Below are positions 1 through 9,141 of a stretch of DNA of 28,999 nucleotides, one piece after another. Source of the DNA: a virus (taxonomy: Duplodnaviria; Caudoviricetes); IMG/VR virus record IMGVR_UViG_3300034410_000187, positions 1-28,999 of that record. One strand, given 5' to 3'. Within the stretch, counting starts at the first letter, position 1; each line of letters starts with the position of its first letter. The notes under the pieces were generated by a model. It worked only from the letters and a program-made list of their open reading frames with translations. It had not been told where the DNA came from and searched no databases. Position numbers and translations under genes: made by a program.

Positions 1-1412
1 TCACCGGTCTCGATACAACGATCGACTGGAAGAACACCGGGGACAACTCGTACGATGGTGAAAAATTAAAACTATTAGTTCACGATGAGTCGGGCAAATG
101 GGAAAGACCAGATAACATATTAAATAACTGGCGTGTAACAAAAACTACATTAAGGCTAGGTAGTAGAGTCATTGGAAAATGTATGATGGGATCAACATCA
201 AACGCATTAGATAAAGGTGGTGAAAACTTTAAAAAACTATACAATGATTCAGATGTTACCAAACGAAACCGCAATGGACAGACTAAGTCAGGATTATATT
301 CTTTGTTCATTCCTATGGAATGGAATTACGAAGGATTCATTGACAATTATGGAATGCCTGTATTCGAAGAGCCATCAGCAAATTGTGTTGGCCCACACGG
401 AGACGCTATCGAAGTTGGCGTCATCGAACATTGGGATAATGAGGTAGAAGGATTAAAAGGTGACCAGGATGCTTTAAATGAGTTCTACAGGCAGTTTCCA
501 CGTACAGAAGAGCACGCGTTTAGGGATGAAACTAAAAATAGTATATTTAATTTAGTTAAAATATACGAACAAATAGATTACAACGAAGATTTAAAAAGTA
601 CAGGCGTTGTAACAACGGGCAGTTTTAATTGGGAGCATGGAGTGAAGGACTCAAAAGTAATGTTTAGCCCAAACCCGAATGGAAGGTTTAAAGTTTCTTG
701 GGTTCCAAAAGTTGGTTTGCAAAATAAACAGGTAATTAAAAATGGTATAAGGTATCCCGCAAATGATCACATAGGCGCATTTGGCTGTGATAGTTACGAT
801 ATATCAGGAACCACCGATGGCAAAGGATCTAAAGGAGCATTACATGGGCTTACTACATTTAGTATGGAGGATGCGCCGTCAAATACGTTTTTTTTAGAAT
901 ATGTGGCAAGACCACAAACAGCTGAAATGTTTTTTGAAGATGTGCTTATGGCTTTAGTGTTCTACGGAATGCCTCTTCTTTGTGAAAACAATAAACCAAG
1001 ATTATTGTATTATCTAAAGCGTAGAGGATATAGAGGTTACTCTATGAATCGCCCTGATAAAACATATACAAAATTATCCGTTACAGAAAAAGAAATAGGC
1101 GGTATACCTAACTCTTCTGAGGATATAAAGCAAGCCCATGCAGCTGCTATTGAAACCTACATACAAAACCATGTTGGTATCACTAATGATGGACAATATG
1201 GTTCCATGTATTTTAGCCAAACTTTAAACGATTGGGCTAAGTTTGATATAAACAAAAGAACAAAATTTGATGCGGCTATTAGTTCAGGGTTAGCGATAAT
1301 GGCCTGTAATAGACATCTATACAGACCAAACCCCAAAGCACAAAAACCTAAGTTAAATATACATATTGCAAAATATAAAAACGCCGGTTCAATATCGGAA
1401 ATAATAAAATAA
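1..1412 (+). CDS. terL: Terminase large subunit, 5'-truncated by the window edge
   Basis: The frame is open from nt 3 (TGLDTTIDWKNTGDNSYDGEKLKLLVHDESGKW...), so the ATG at 183 is internal. It shows a Walker B-like LLVHDE (72-89), a motif III-like GSTSN, and RNase H-like nuclease motifs GAFGCDSYD, LCENN and FDAAISSGLA. It lies directly upstream of the portal. Confidence 0.93.
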   Translation, partial: TGLDTTIDWKNTGDNSYDGEKLKLLVHDESGKWERPDNILNNWRVTKTTLRLGSRVIGKCMMGSTSNALDKGGENFKKLYNDSDVTKRNRNGQTKSGLYSLFIPMEWNYEGFIDNYGMPVFEEPSANCVGPHGDAIEVGVIEHWDNEVEGLKGDQDALNEFYRQFPRTEEHAFRDETKNSIFNLVKIYEQIDYNEDLKSTGVVTTGSFNWEHGVKDSKVMFSPNPNGRFKVSWVPKVGLQNKQVIKNGIRYPANDHIGAFGCDSYDISGTTDGKGSKGALHGLTTFSMEDAPSNTFFLEYVARPQTAEMFFEDVLMALVFYGMPLLCENNKPRLLYYLKRRGYRGYSMNRPDKTYTKLSVTEKEIGGIPNSSEDIKQAHAAAIETYIQNHVGITNDGQYGSMYFSQTLNDWAKFDINKRTKFDAAISSGLAIMACNRHLYRPNPKAQKPKLNIHIAKYKNAGSISEIIK

Positions 1413-1418
1413 ATATAT

Positions 1419-3845
1419 ATGGCTGAGTCAGTTATAAATAGTTTTTTTCCAAGCCAAGTTGCTAGCGATGCTGAAAAGCTTTCGCCTGAATACGGTTTAA
1501 GAGTTGGTAGAGCGATTCAAGATGAATGGTTTAAATCCGATTCTGGCACTAACAGATATAAAAGTAATCAAAATACATTTCATAGATTAAGATTATATGC
1601 TAGAGGTGAACAGTCTGTACAAAAGTATAAAGATGAGTTATCTATTAATGGCGATTTATCATATTTAAATATAGATTGGAAGCCAGTACCAATTATACCT
1701 AAGTTTGTAGATATAGTGGTTAATGGCATATCCGAAAGAGCATTTGATATAAAAGCATATTCGCAAGATCCTTATGGAGTAGCAAAGCGTACAGAGTACT
1801 TAGCTAGTATAATTAGAGATATACAAACTAAAGAGTTAAACGATTTTGCTAAAGATAACTTTGGCGTTAACTTATACGAAAACCAACCCGAGACTCTACC
1901 AGAAACACAGGAAGAGTTAGACGTACATATGCAGCTTACTTATAAGCAGGCTGTAGAAATTGCGGAAGAGCAAGCTATAAATGTATTGCTTGAGGGTAAC
2001 CATTACGATTTAACAAAAAAACGTGTAGTATACGATTTAACCACCATAGGCATTGGAGCTGTTAAAAATAGGTTTACAAAGTCAGAAGGTGTGGTAATAG
2101 ATTATGTTGACCCTTCAAATTTAGTATGGTCTTATACGGACTCTCCGTTTTTTGATGATATTTACTATTGCGGCGAAGTAAGAGAAGTACATATTAATGA
2201 GCTTAAAAAACAATTTCCTGATTTAACAAATGAGGACTTAGAAAAAATATCTAAAACAGGTTACCAAAATAACGGCTTTTATGACAGGTCGTTGTCTAAT
2301 TATAACGAATCTGACTCTAACACTGTTCAAGTTTTGTATTTTAATTACAAGACATATATGAACGAAGTGTATAAAATTAAAGAAACCGCAACAGGAGCTT
2401 CTAAGGTATTAGTCAGAGATGATCAGTTTGATCCACCAGTTGAAGTATTAGAGCAACAGTTTGGTAAACTATCAAGATCACTTGAAGTATTATACGAGGG
2501 TGTTTTAATATTAGGCACTGATTATTTATTAAAATGGGAGCTAGCTAAAAACATGATGCGCCCAAAAAGCGATAGTTCAAAAGTATTATTGAATTACAGT
2601 ATCAATGCACCCAGAATGTACAAAGGTAGGATCGAATCATTAGTAAGCCGCATTACAGGGTTTGCGGATATGATACAACTAACGCATCTAAAGTTACAGC
2701 AACTGCTATCAAGAATGGTGCCTGATGGTGTTTACCTTGATGCTGATGGATTGGCTGAAATAGATTTGGGTAATGGTACAAATTATAATCCGCAAGAAGC
2801 GTTAAACATGTTTTTCCAGACAGGTTCTGTAATCGGAAGATCATTTACGCAGGATGGCGATATGAACCCAGGCAAAGTGCCTATACAAGAAATTACAAGC
2901 GGTAGCGGCGGCAACAAGTTAGGAGCGTTAATCAATACGTATAACTATTATTTGCAAATGATCCGTGATGTAACGGGATTAAACGAGGCAAGAGATGGCA
3001 GCATGCCTGACGGTAAAGCTTTGGTTGGTATACAAAAGATAGCAGCGGCAAATTCAAATACCGCAACGAGGCACATAATGGAAGCTGGATTATTTATAAC
3101 GGCTCACTTAGCAGAATGCTTGTCTCTTAGAATATCTGATATAATTGAGTATTCGCCAGCAAGAGAATCGTTTATACAAAAGATAGGGGCGCATAACGTA
3201 GCCACCCTTTCTGAAATGAATAATTTGCACTTATACGATTTTGGTATATTTTTAACACTTATGCCAGATGAGGAAGAAAAGCAAATGCTTGAAAACAATA
3301 TACAAACCGCATTGTCAGCTGGTTTAATAGACTTGGATGATGCTATTGACATACGCCAAGTGCAAAATTTAAAGTTAGCAAATCAGCTACTAAAAATTAA
3401 GCGTAAGAAAAAACAAGAGCGTGATCAAGCTATTCAACAGCAAAATATTCAAGCGCAAGCACAAGCGAACGCACAGGCTCAACAAGTCGCGGCGCAGGCC
3501 GAGGTACAAAAGCAAGCCGCTATAACACAGCAAAAAGCGCAACTTAAACAATTAGAAGGGCAACTTGATTTACAAAAACTAGAAGCGGAAGTCGAAGCTA
3601 AGAAAGCTTTAATGGCGCAGGAGTTTGATTATAACATGCAGCTTAAAAATATGGAGACTGAGCTTTATAAGCAACGCGAAAGCAAAAAAGAAGATCGCAA
3701 AGATGATCGTTCAAAAATGGAAGCATCGCAGCAAAGCGAATTAATTGAGCAAAGAAAAAACAATACACCACCAAAAAACTTCGAATCCGGCGGAAACGAT
3801 ATAATTGGCGGAGGGTTTGACTTAGGAACCTTTGAACCTAAGTAA
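1419..3845 (+). CDS. Portal protein (808 aa) with Gln/Ala/Lys-rich coiled-coil C-terminal barrel
   Basis: Follows terL. Its size and motifs (IDWKPVPIIPKFVDIVVNG, IRDVTGLNEARDG) are like crAss-like portals. The long Q-rich helical C-terminus resembles a P22-type portal barrel. Confidence 0.88.
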   Translation: MAESVINSFFPSQVASDAEKLSPEYGLRVGRAIQDEWFKSDSGTNRYKSNQNTFHRLRLYARGEQSVQKYKDELSINGDLSYLNIDWKPVPIIPKFVDIVVNGISERAFDIKAYSQDPYGVAKRTEYLASIIRDIQTKELNDFAKDNFGVNLYENQPETLPETQEELDVHMQLTYKQAVEIAEEQAINVLLEGNHYDLTKKRVVYDLTTIGIGAVKNRFTKSEGVVIDYVDPSNLVWSYTDSPFFDDIYYCGEVREVHINELKKQFPDLTNEDLEKISKTGYQNNGFYDRSLSNYNESDSNTVQVLYFNYKTYMNEVYKIKETATGASKVLVRDDQFDPPVEVLEQQFGKLSRSLEVLYEGVLILGTDYLLKWELAKNMMRPKSDSSKVLLNYSINAPRMYKGRIESLVSRITGFADMIQLTHLKLQQLLSRMVPDGVYLDADGLAEIDLGNGTNYNPQEALNMFFQTGSVIGRSFTQDGDMNPGKVPIQEITSGSGGNKLGALINTYNYYLQMIRDVTGLNEARDGSMPDGKALVGIQKIAAANSNTATRHIMEAGLFITAHLAECLSLRISDIIEYSPARESFIQKIGAHNVATLSEMNNLHLYDFGIFLTLMPDEEEKQMLENNIQTALSAGLIDLDDAIDIRQVQNLKLANQLLKIKRKKKQERDQAIQQQNIQAQAQANAQAQQVAAQAEVQKQAAITQQKAQLKQLEGQLDLQKLEAEVEAKKALMAQEFDYNMQLKNMETELYKQRESKKEDRKDDRSKMEASQQSELIEQRKNNTPPKNFESGGNDIIGGGFDLGTFEPK

Positions 3846-3878
3846 TAATAGTAATGTATAATTATATAATATTTTATC

Positions 3879-5087
3879 ATGTCAGAAAACACAGAAGAAG
3901 TTCTAGAGGTGCAAGAAGAAACCCAAGAACAAACAACTCCTGAAAATGAGGTTGTTGAAGAAAAGCCAGATACCGGCGCATCAGTCGCAGATGATGGCAC
4001 TATTAAAATAGATTTAGGTAAACTTAATAAACCAAAAGAAGATGCCGTTCAAGAGCAAAGCGCAGATGACAGCGATGCTGTTGTCGGAGAATCCGAAGAC
4101 ACGCCAGACGGCGAAGAAGTGGTTGAAGAAATACGGGACGCCGAAGAAGAAGAGGTAAGCGCATTAGAAGAAGTAATTGAGGAAGAAGTTGTTGAACAAG
4201 TAGAGGAGCTCACTGAGCAAGTTGAACAAGCTATAGTCGAGGCGGATGCTGGCGTTGATTTGCCAGAAAATATTCAAAAAGTTGTTGACTTTATGAACGA
4301 CACAGGCGGAAGCCTTGAGGATTACGTAAAGTTAAACACAGATTATTCTAAATTAAGTGAAGCGCAGTTAATACGTGAGTATTACGAAACAACAAAACCG
4401 CATTTAGATAAAGAAGATATTGAAGTTTTAATGGAAGACTTCTCGTACGACGAAGAGCTTGATGAACCTAAAGATATTAGAAAAGCAAAAATAGCTTTTA
4501 AAGAGGAAGCGGCGAAAGCTAAAAAACATCTTGAAAAGTTAAAAGCTAATTATTACGAAAACATTAAAGCTGGATCTAACTTAACTGAAGACCAGCAACA
4601 AGCTGTTGATTTTTTCAATCGCTATAATAAAGAAAACGAGGAAGTGACAAAAGCCGCTGCCTCGCAAAAAGAAATATTTTTAAATAAAACTAGTAACGTT
4701 TTTAATAAGGATTTCAAAGGTTTTGATTATTCTGTTGGAGACAAAAAGTATAGGTTTAAAATTAAAAATACTGAAGACGTAAAGGCAACCCAAAGCGATA
4801 TTAATAACTTCGTCAAAAAGTTTTTGAACGATAAAAATGAAATGTCAGATGCTAAGGGTTATCATAAATCTTTATTTACAGCTATGAATGCTGATTCCAT
4901 TGCTAACCACTTTTACGAGCAAGGCAAGGCCGACGCTATAAAAGACAGCATGGCTCGAACCAAAAATGTTGATATGGACCCGAGAAGGGGACACGAAAAA
5001 GTAACAACACAAAATGGTTGGACTGTACGCGCGGTACCAAGTGATGCAAATAGCACGAGTAGTTTTAAAATTAAAAAACGAAAATAA
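3879..5087 (+). CDS. Acidic scaffolding-like/capsid assembly protein (402 aa)
   Basis: Lies between portal and major capsid genes. It has a very Glu/Asp-rich, likely disordered N-terminus, a helical middle and a basic C-terminal tail (FKIKKRK). Confidence 0.65.
   Translation: MSENTEEVLEVQEETQEQTTPENEVVEEKPDTGASVADDGTIKIDLGKLNKPKEDAVQEQSADDSDAVVGESEDTPDGEEVVEEIRDAEEEEVSALEEVIEEEVVEQVEELTEQVEQAIVEADAGVDLPENIQKVVDFMNDTGGSLEDYVKLNTDYSKLSEAQLIREYYETTKPHLDKEDIEVLMEDFSYDEELDEPKDIRKAKIAFKEEAAKAKKHLEKLKANYYENIKAGSNLTEDQQQAVDFFNRYNKENEEVTKAAASQKEIFLNKTSNVFNKDFKGFDYSVGDKKYRFKIKNTEDVKATQSDINNFVKKFLNDKNEMSDAKGYHKSLFTAMNADSIANHFYEQGKADAIKDSMARTKNVDMDPRRGHEKVTTQNGWTVRAVPSDANSTSSFKIKKRK
4042..4158 (+). CDS. 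Putative overprinted small basic protein (38 aa, MPFKSKAQMTAMLLSENPKTRQTAKKWLKKYGTPKKKR) in the +1 frame of the scaffold gene
   Basis: ATG at 4042 and TAA at 4156-4158. It has an A-rich leader (CTTAATAAACCAAAAGAAG) and locally raised GC. The MPFKSKAQ...AKKW pattern resembles a small phage protein family I recall, not verified by search. Confidence 0.6.
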   Translation: MPFKSKAQMTAMLLSENPKTRQTAKKWLKKYGTPKKKR

Positions 5088-5108
5088 TAACCATTAAAAA
5101 TTAAAAAA

Positions 5109-6521
5109 ATGGCTGGATCATTTACTGGGAGCGAATTAGCTCTCCAACATTTAACTCCACGACCAGTTAAGGGATTGTTTGGCGACAATTACCTAGCAGT
5201 CGGGGACCTAGACTTTACGCAACAATTTTTGCCTGAAGTTTACGAAAAAGAAGTAGAACGATATGGAAATCGTACTATCTCTGGATTCCTACGTATGGTA
5301 GGTGCAGAAATGCCTATGGCATCTGACGTAATCACTTGGTCTGAACAAGGACGTTTACACATTGCTTATGACGACGCGGCTGTAGCATCGACTACTTCGC
5401 TAACATTGCCTGCTGGCCACTTGATTGGCAAAGGAATGACTATTGTTGTTTCTAAAGGCTTTGATACTCAAAAAGCATATGTACAAGACGTAGTTGGTCA
5501 AACTGTAACTGTAGATACTTACGGCGAATTAGCAGGTCTTACAATGACAGGCAGCGACGTAAAAGTATTTGTATACGGTTCTGAGTACGCTAAAGGAACA
5601 GAAAATGCTGGTAACTCAGTTGACGCTTCTTTCACAACTTTCAACAACAAACCAATTATTCTTAGAGATAAGTATAATGTAAATGGTTCTGATGTTGCTC
5701 AAATTGGTTGGGTAGAAGTAACTACTGAAGCTGGAACTTCTGGATACCTATGGTACCTAAAGTCTGAGCACGAAGCTCGTATCCGTTTCGAAGATCAACT
5801 TGAAATGGCTATGGTTGAAGCAGAAAAATCATTAAACGCTGATGGATCTACAAGAAATATTACAGCTGCTGCTGGATTTGGTGGTGGTACTAATATTACT
5901 GGTTCTGAAGGTTTATTTGCTGCACTAGAAGAAAGAGGATTAGTTTATGCTGACTCTGCATTCGGTGGCGCTGATGGGCTTGCTGACTTTGATACTATTT
6001 TAGCTGAACTAGATAAGCAAGGAGCTATTGAAGAGAACATGATGTTCTTAGACCGTGGCACTTCCTTGGCTATCGATAACATGCTAGCTGCTCAAAACTC
6101 TTACGGAGCTAACGGAACATCTTACGGTGTATTCGACAATTCAGAAGATATGGCACTAAACCTTGGTTTCTCAGGATTCCGAAGAGGTTCTTACGATTTC
6201 TACAAAACTGACTGGAAATATCTAAACGATTCTACAACTCGTGGATTAGTCGCAGATGTTGAAGGTGTGATTGTTCCTGCTGGAACTTCTACAGTTTACG
6301 ATCAGCAACTCGGAAAGAACATCTCTCGACCATTCTTACACATCCGCTACAGAGCTTCTGAAGCTGATGACCGTAGAATGAAGTCTTGGGTGACTGGATC
6401 AGTAGGAGGTAACTATACTTCTGACGCTGACGAAATGAACGTACACTTCTTGTCAGAAAGAGCGTTGTGTGTTCAAGCTGCTAATAACTTCGTATTATTG
6501 AAGGCTATTGCACCAGCATAG
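5109..6521 (+). CDS. Major capsid protein (470 aa, HK97 fold expected)
   Basis: Position after the scaffold gene, typical size, strongly biased codon usage suggesting high expression, motifs QQFLPEVYEKEVERYGNR and LNLGFSGFRRGSYDFYK, and a terminator downstream. Confidence 0.9.
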   Translation: MAGSFTGSELALQHLTPRPVKGLFGDNYLAVGDLDFTQQFLPEVYEKEVERYGNRTISGFLRMVGAEMPMASDVITWSEQGRLHIAYDDAAVASTTSLTLPAGHLIGKGMTIVVSKGFDTQKAYVQDVVGQTVTVDTYGELAGLTMTGSDVKVFVYGSEYAKGTENAGNSVDASFTTFNNKPIILRDKYNVNGSDVAQIGWVEVTTEAGTSGYLWYLKSEHEARIRFEDQLEMAMVEAEKSLNADGSTRNITAAAGFGGGTNITGSEGLFAALEERGLVYADSAFGGADGLADFDTILAELDKQGAIEENMMFLDRGTSLAIDNMLAAQNSYGANGTSYGVFDNSEDMALNLGFSGFRRGSYDFYKTDWKYLNDSTTRGLVADVEGVIVPAGTSTVYDQQLGKNISRPFLHIRYRASEADDRRMKSWVTGSVGGNYTSDADEMNVHFLSERALCVQAANNFVLLKAIAPA

Positions 6522-6530
6522 TAAATTAAT

Positions 6531-6577
6531 GTAATTGTTACCCTCGTTGTATTAACGGGGGTAGCTATTACTTTTAT
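6531..6577 (+). terminator. Rho-independent terminator after the major capsid gene
   Basis: GTAATTGTTACCCTCGTT-gtatt-AACGGGGGTAGCTATTAC forms an 18-bp stem with two G-U pairs and one mismatch, followed by TTTTAT. Confidence 0.8.
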
Positions 6578-6600
6578 CAATTATTTAATTATATTATATC

Positions 6601-7371
6601 ATGTCAAAGAAAAAAGAATCCCCAGTTTTAGATAACTCTTGGGAAATAAAAGATAGATTATATACGCTTAAAAATAACAAGCGTCCATTAGTATTCACGG
6701 TGCCATCTAAGCACACTGCAAAGAAGCCATTGCTTTATTTTGATACAGAAAAAGGATACCAACGGGAATTAAAATATGCTACTAACCAGCCATCTCCATT
6801 TGTTGAAGAACAAAAAGGTGTAGCCACGTTGGGGCGTATTGTTTTTAGAGACGGAGCTTTAACCGTTAAAAAAGAAAATCAAGTTTTACAAAAACTATTA
6901 TCATTATATCATCCCTGGAGCGACAGTGTTTGGGAAGAATACAAACCTCAACAGCAAGCGGCTAGCCAGTTAGACTGGATTGAAGCTGAAATTGCAGCTT
7001 TAAATTTAGCTAAGTCTCTTGACATAGATCAGATGGAAGCTATACTAAGAGTACAGTTTGGATCTAAAGTAAATGAATTATCAAGCAGTGAACTAAAGCG
7101 CGATGGTTTAATATTTGCAAAAAGAAACCCAATACTTTTCGTTGAGTTAGCAGAAGATGATAATGTTCAATTAAGAAACTTTGGTATCAAAGCCACTGAA
7201 AGCGGCATAATAAAATTATCGCAAGACCAAAGAACATTTACATATGGTGATGGCGATAGAAAGCTTATGACTGTTCCTTTTGACGAAAACCCGTATTCTG
7301 CATTAGCAGCGTGGTTTAAAACAGACGAAGGGGTTGAAGTTTACAAAGCAATTGAAAAAAGACTTAAATAG
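6601..7371 (+). CDS. Conserved hypothetical virion/head-associated protein (256 aa)
   Basis: Long ORF between the capsid and ring-protein genes with an AT-rich leader (ATATTATATC-ATG). No catalytic motif recognised. Confidence 0.6.
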   Translation: MSKKKESPVLDNSWEIKDRLYTLKNNKRPLVFTVPSKHTAKKPLLYFDTEKGYQRELKYATNQPSPFVEEQKGVATLGRIVFRDGALTVKKENQVLQKLLSLYHPWSDSVWEEYKPQQQAASQLDWIEAEIAALNLAKSLDIDQMEAILRVQFGSKVNELSSSELKRDGLIFAKRNPILFVELAEDDNVQLRNFGIKATESGIIKLSQDQRTFTYGDGDRKLMTVPFDENPYSALAAWFKTDEGVEVYKAIEKRLK

Positions 7372-7377
7372 TCACTC

Positions 7378-7416
7378 ATAATGGTTAGGCCATCTTATGG
7401 GTGGCCTAATTATTAT
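7378..7416 (+). other. Intergenic RNA hairpin (terminator, processing or stability element)
   Basis: ATAATGGTTAGGCCATC-ttatg-GGTGGCCTAATTATTAT forms a 17-bp stem fully paired when G-U pairs are allowed. No clear U-tract follows. Confidence 0.65.
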
Positions 7417-7428
7417 AAATAAAAAAAT

Positions 7429-8214
7429 ATGAGCGTAAGTATAGATACTGTTTATCAAAGGGTACTAGGCATACTCAATAAAGAACAACGAGGATATGTT
7501 ACGCCTCAGGAATTTAATTTGTTTGCAAATCAAGCTCAATTAGATTTATTTGAGCAGTATTTTTATGATATAAATCAATTTGGAAGAGGTCCTGGTAATG
7601 ACACGGAATATTCTGACATGCTAGATTTATTAAATAAAAAAATAGCAATATTTGAAAATCAAGGTGTATTAGCATATGATGCTACAAATAATTACTTTTC
7701 TTTGCCCAATGACATGTACCGATTAGGAACTGTCATATACACTAACACTACTACAAGGGATTTCTACCCTTCCCCCACGCAGCCCGCTAACTTTCCGGTT
7801 GCCGACCCAGTAATATACAGACAAACTCTTAACGAAGACATAGAAGCGGAGCGTATTAATGGCAATGAGTTTTTATATATTAACTCTTCACCGTTAACAA
7901 AACCAAAAAATATTAGACCTATATATGTATCTAAAAATGGCAATGTTAATGTGTATGGTGACACTGAATTAACTTCTGGTGTAAAGTGTAATTATATACG
8001 TAAGCCCGCTAAGGTTGAATGGAGATACCAAATGGTATATGGCGAAGCTTTATATGACGCAACTTATTCTCAAGATTTTGAATTACATCCCTCAGAAGAA
8101 ACTGAGCTTGTAATAAAAGTATTAGAATTAGCTGGGCTAGTTGTTAAAGATATACAAATGTATCAAATAGCAGCTGGTGAAGAAGTTAAAAATACACAAC
8201 AAGAAAAAGCATAA
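7429..8214 (+). CDS. Tail ring/head-tail adaptor protein 1 (P22 gp4/tail tubular A-like, 261 aa)
   Basis: N-terminus ILNKEQRGYVTPQEFNLFANQAQ, YFSLPNDMYRL and NYIRKP motifs are typical of crAss-like ring proteins. Position fits. Confidence 0.75.
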   Translation: MSVSIDTVYQRVLGILNKEQRGYVTPQEFNLFANQAQLDLFEQYFYDINQFGRGPGNDTEYSDMLDLLNKKIAIFENQGVLAYDATNNYFSLPNDMYRLGTVIYTNTTTRDFYPSPTQPANFPVADPVIYRQTLNEDIEAERINGNEFLYINSSPLTKPKNIRPIYVSKNGNVNVYGDTELTSGVKCNYIRKPAKVEWRYQMVYGEALYDATYSQDFELHPSEETELVIKVLELAGLVVKDIQMYQIAAGEEVKNTQQEKA

Positions 8215-8217
8215 TAG

Positions 8218-9138
8218 ATGGGTTTACTATATCAAAATAACGAGCAATACTACTTAGGCCCAGACGGCATATGGAATAGTTATGATGAAAACTACGGTGA
8301 CTATCAAGCTATCTCTATAAAAGACATTATAAATAATTTTATAATATCTTATGTTGGTCAAGATAAGCTTATAAGTAAGATAAAAAGAACCGATGTAGCT
8401 TTCCACGCACAACGCGGGTTGGCTGAAATGAGTTTTGATATATTACCATCTGCAAAATGGATTGAAGTAGAGGTTGGGCCGACACTATACGTGCCGTTGC
8501 CGCAAGACTTTGTAGGCTACGTAAAAGTAGCAATGACTGATGAGTCTGGTATAGAAAGAATATTATACCCAGCAAGAAAGACAGGTGATCCCGTTCCTTA
8601 TGTGCAGGATAACGACTACGAATATATATTTGACGAGCAAAGCAGAGAGATCGTAACAGCTACACCGTCTGAAACATTTAAAAGATTTAGAAGATCAGAA
8701 AGATCAGGTAGCACTCCTGAAACAGATTTTCAAAATATGAACAATGCAGATCTTATTCAAGGTGCGTCTTTGGGGCGAAGATATGGGCTTGACCCTGAGC
8801 ACGCCCAAAGTAATGGTGTATTTTTTATAGATCCCGTAAGAGGTGTTATGCACTTTAGCTCGAACATCGTTGGTCAAATAATTTCAATAAAGTACGTATC
8901 AGACGGGCTGGCAACAGACGATGAAAGTAAAATACATAAGTTTGCAGAAGAAGCTTTGTATAAATATATAGCCTATGCTATTTTATCTACCAGGCCGCAA
9001 ACCCCTGAGTATATAGTACAGCGTTATAAGAAAGAAGCAAGAGCATCAAAGCGTAATGCTAAATTAAGGTTATCAAATATTAAGCTTGAGGAGCTAACGC
9101 AGATAATGCGAGGTAAGTCCAAGCAAATAAAACACTAA
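8218..9138 (+). CDS. Tail ring/adaptor protein 2 (306 aa)
   Basis: VPLPQDFVGYVKV, IKYVSDG and IHKFAEEALYKYI motifs give an adaptor-like architecture paralogous to the previous gene. It lies directly before the nozzle gene. Confidence 0.7.
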   Translation: MGLLYQNNEQYYLGPDGIWNSYDENYGDYQAISIKDIINNFIISYVGQDKLISKIKRTDVAFHAQRGLAEMSFDILPSAKWIEVEVGPTLYVPLPQDFVGYVKVAMTDESGIERILYPARKTGDPVPYVQDNDYEYIFDEQSREIVTATPSETFKRFRRSERSGSTPETDFQNMNNADLIQGASLGRRYGLDPEHAQSNGVFFIDPVRGVMHFSSNIVGQIISIKYVSDGLATDDESKIHKFAEEALYKYIAYAILSTRPQTPEYIVQRYKKEARASKRNAKLRLSNIKLEELTQIMRGKSKQIKH

Positions 9139-9141
9139 AAT

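Noticed and set aside
217-447. 76-aa +1 frame ORF inside terL, with two small hairpins at about 384-422
   Set aside because: It has no ATG start at 217 and no recognisable motif, and it overlaps conserved terminase sequence. It is probably a shadow ORF.
7758-7764. Other in-frame G_GAT_TTY heptamers (here, and near 4710 and 17841) as frameshift sites
   Set aside because: The heptamer arises by chance at xxG-Asp-Phe codons. I found no properly spaced strong stem or pseudoknot, and at 7758 the -1 frame closes after 8 codons.
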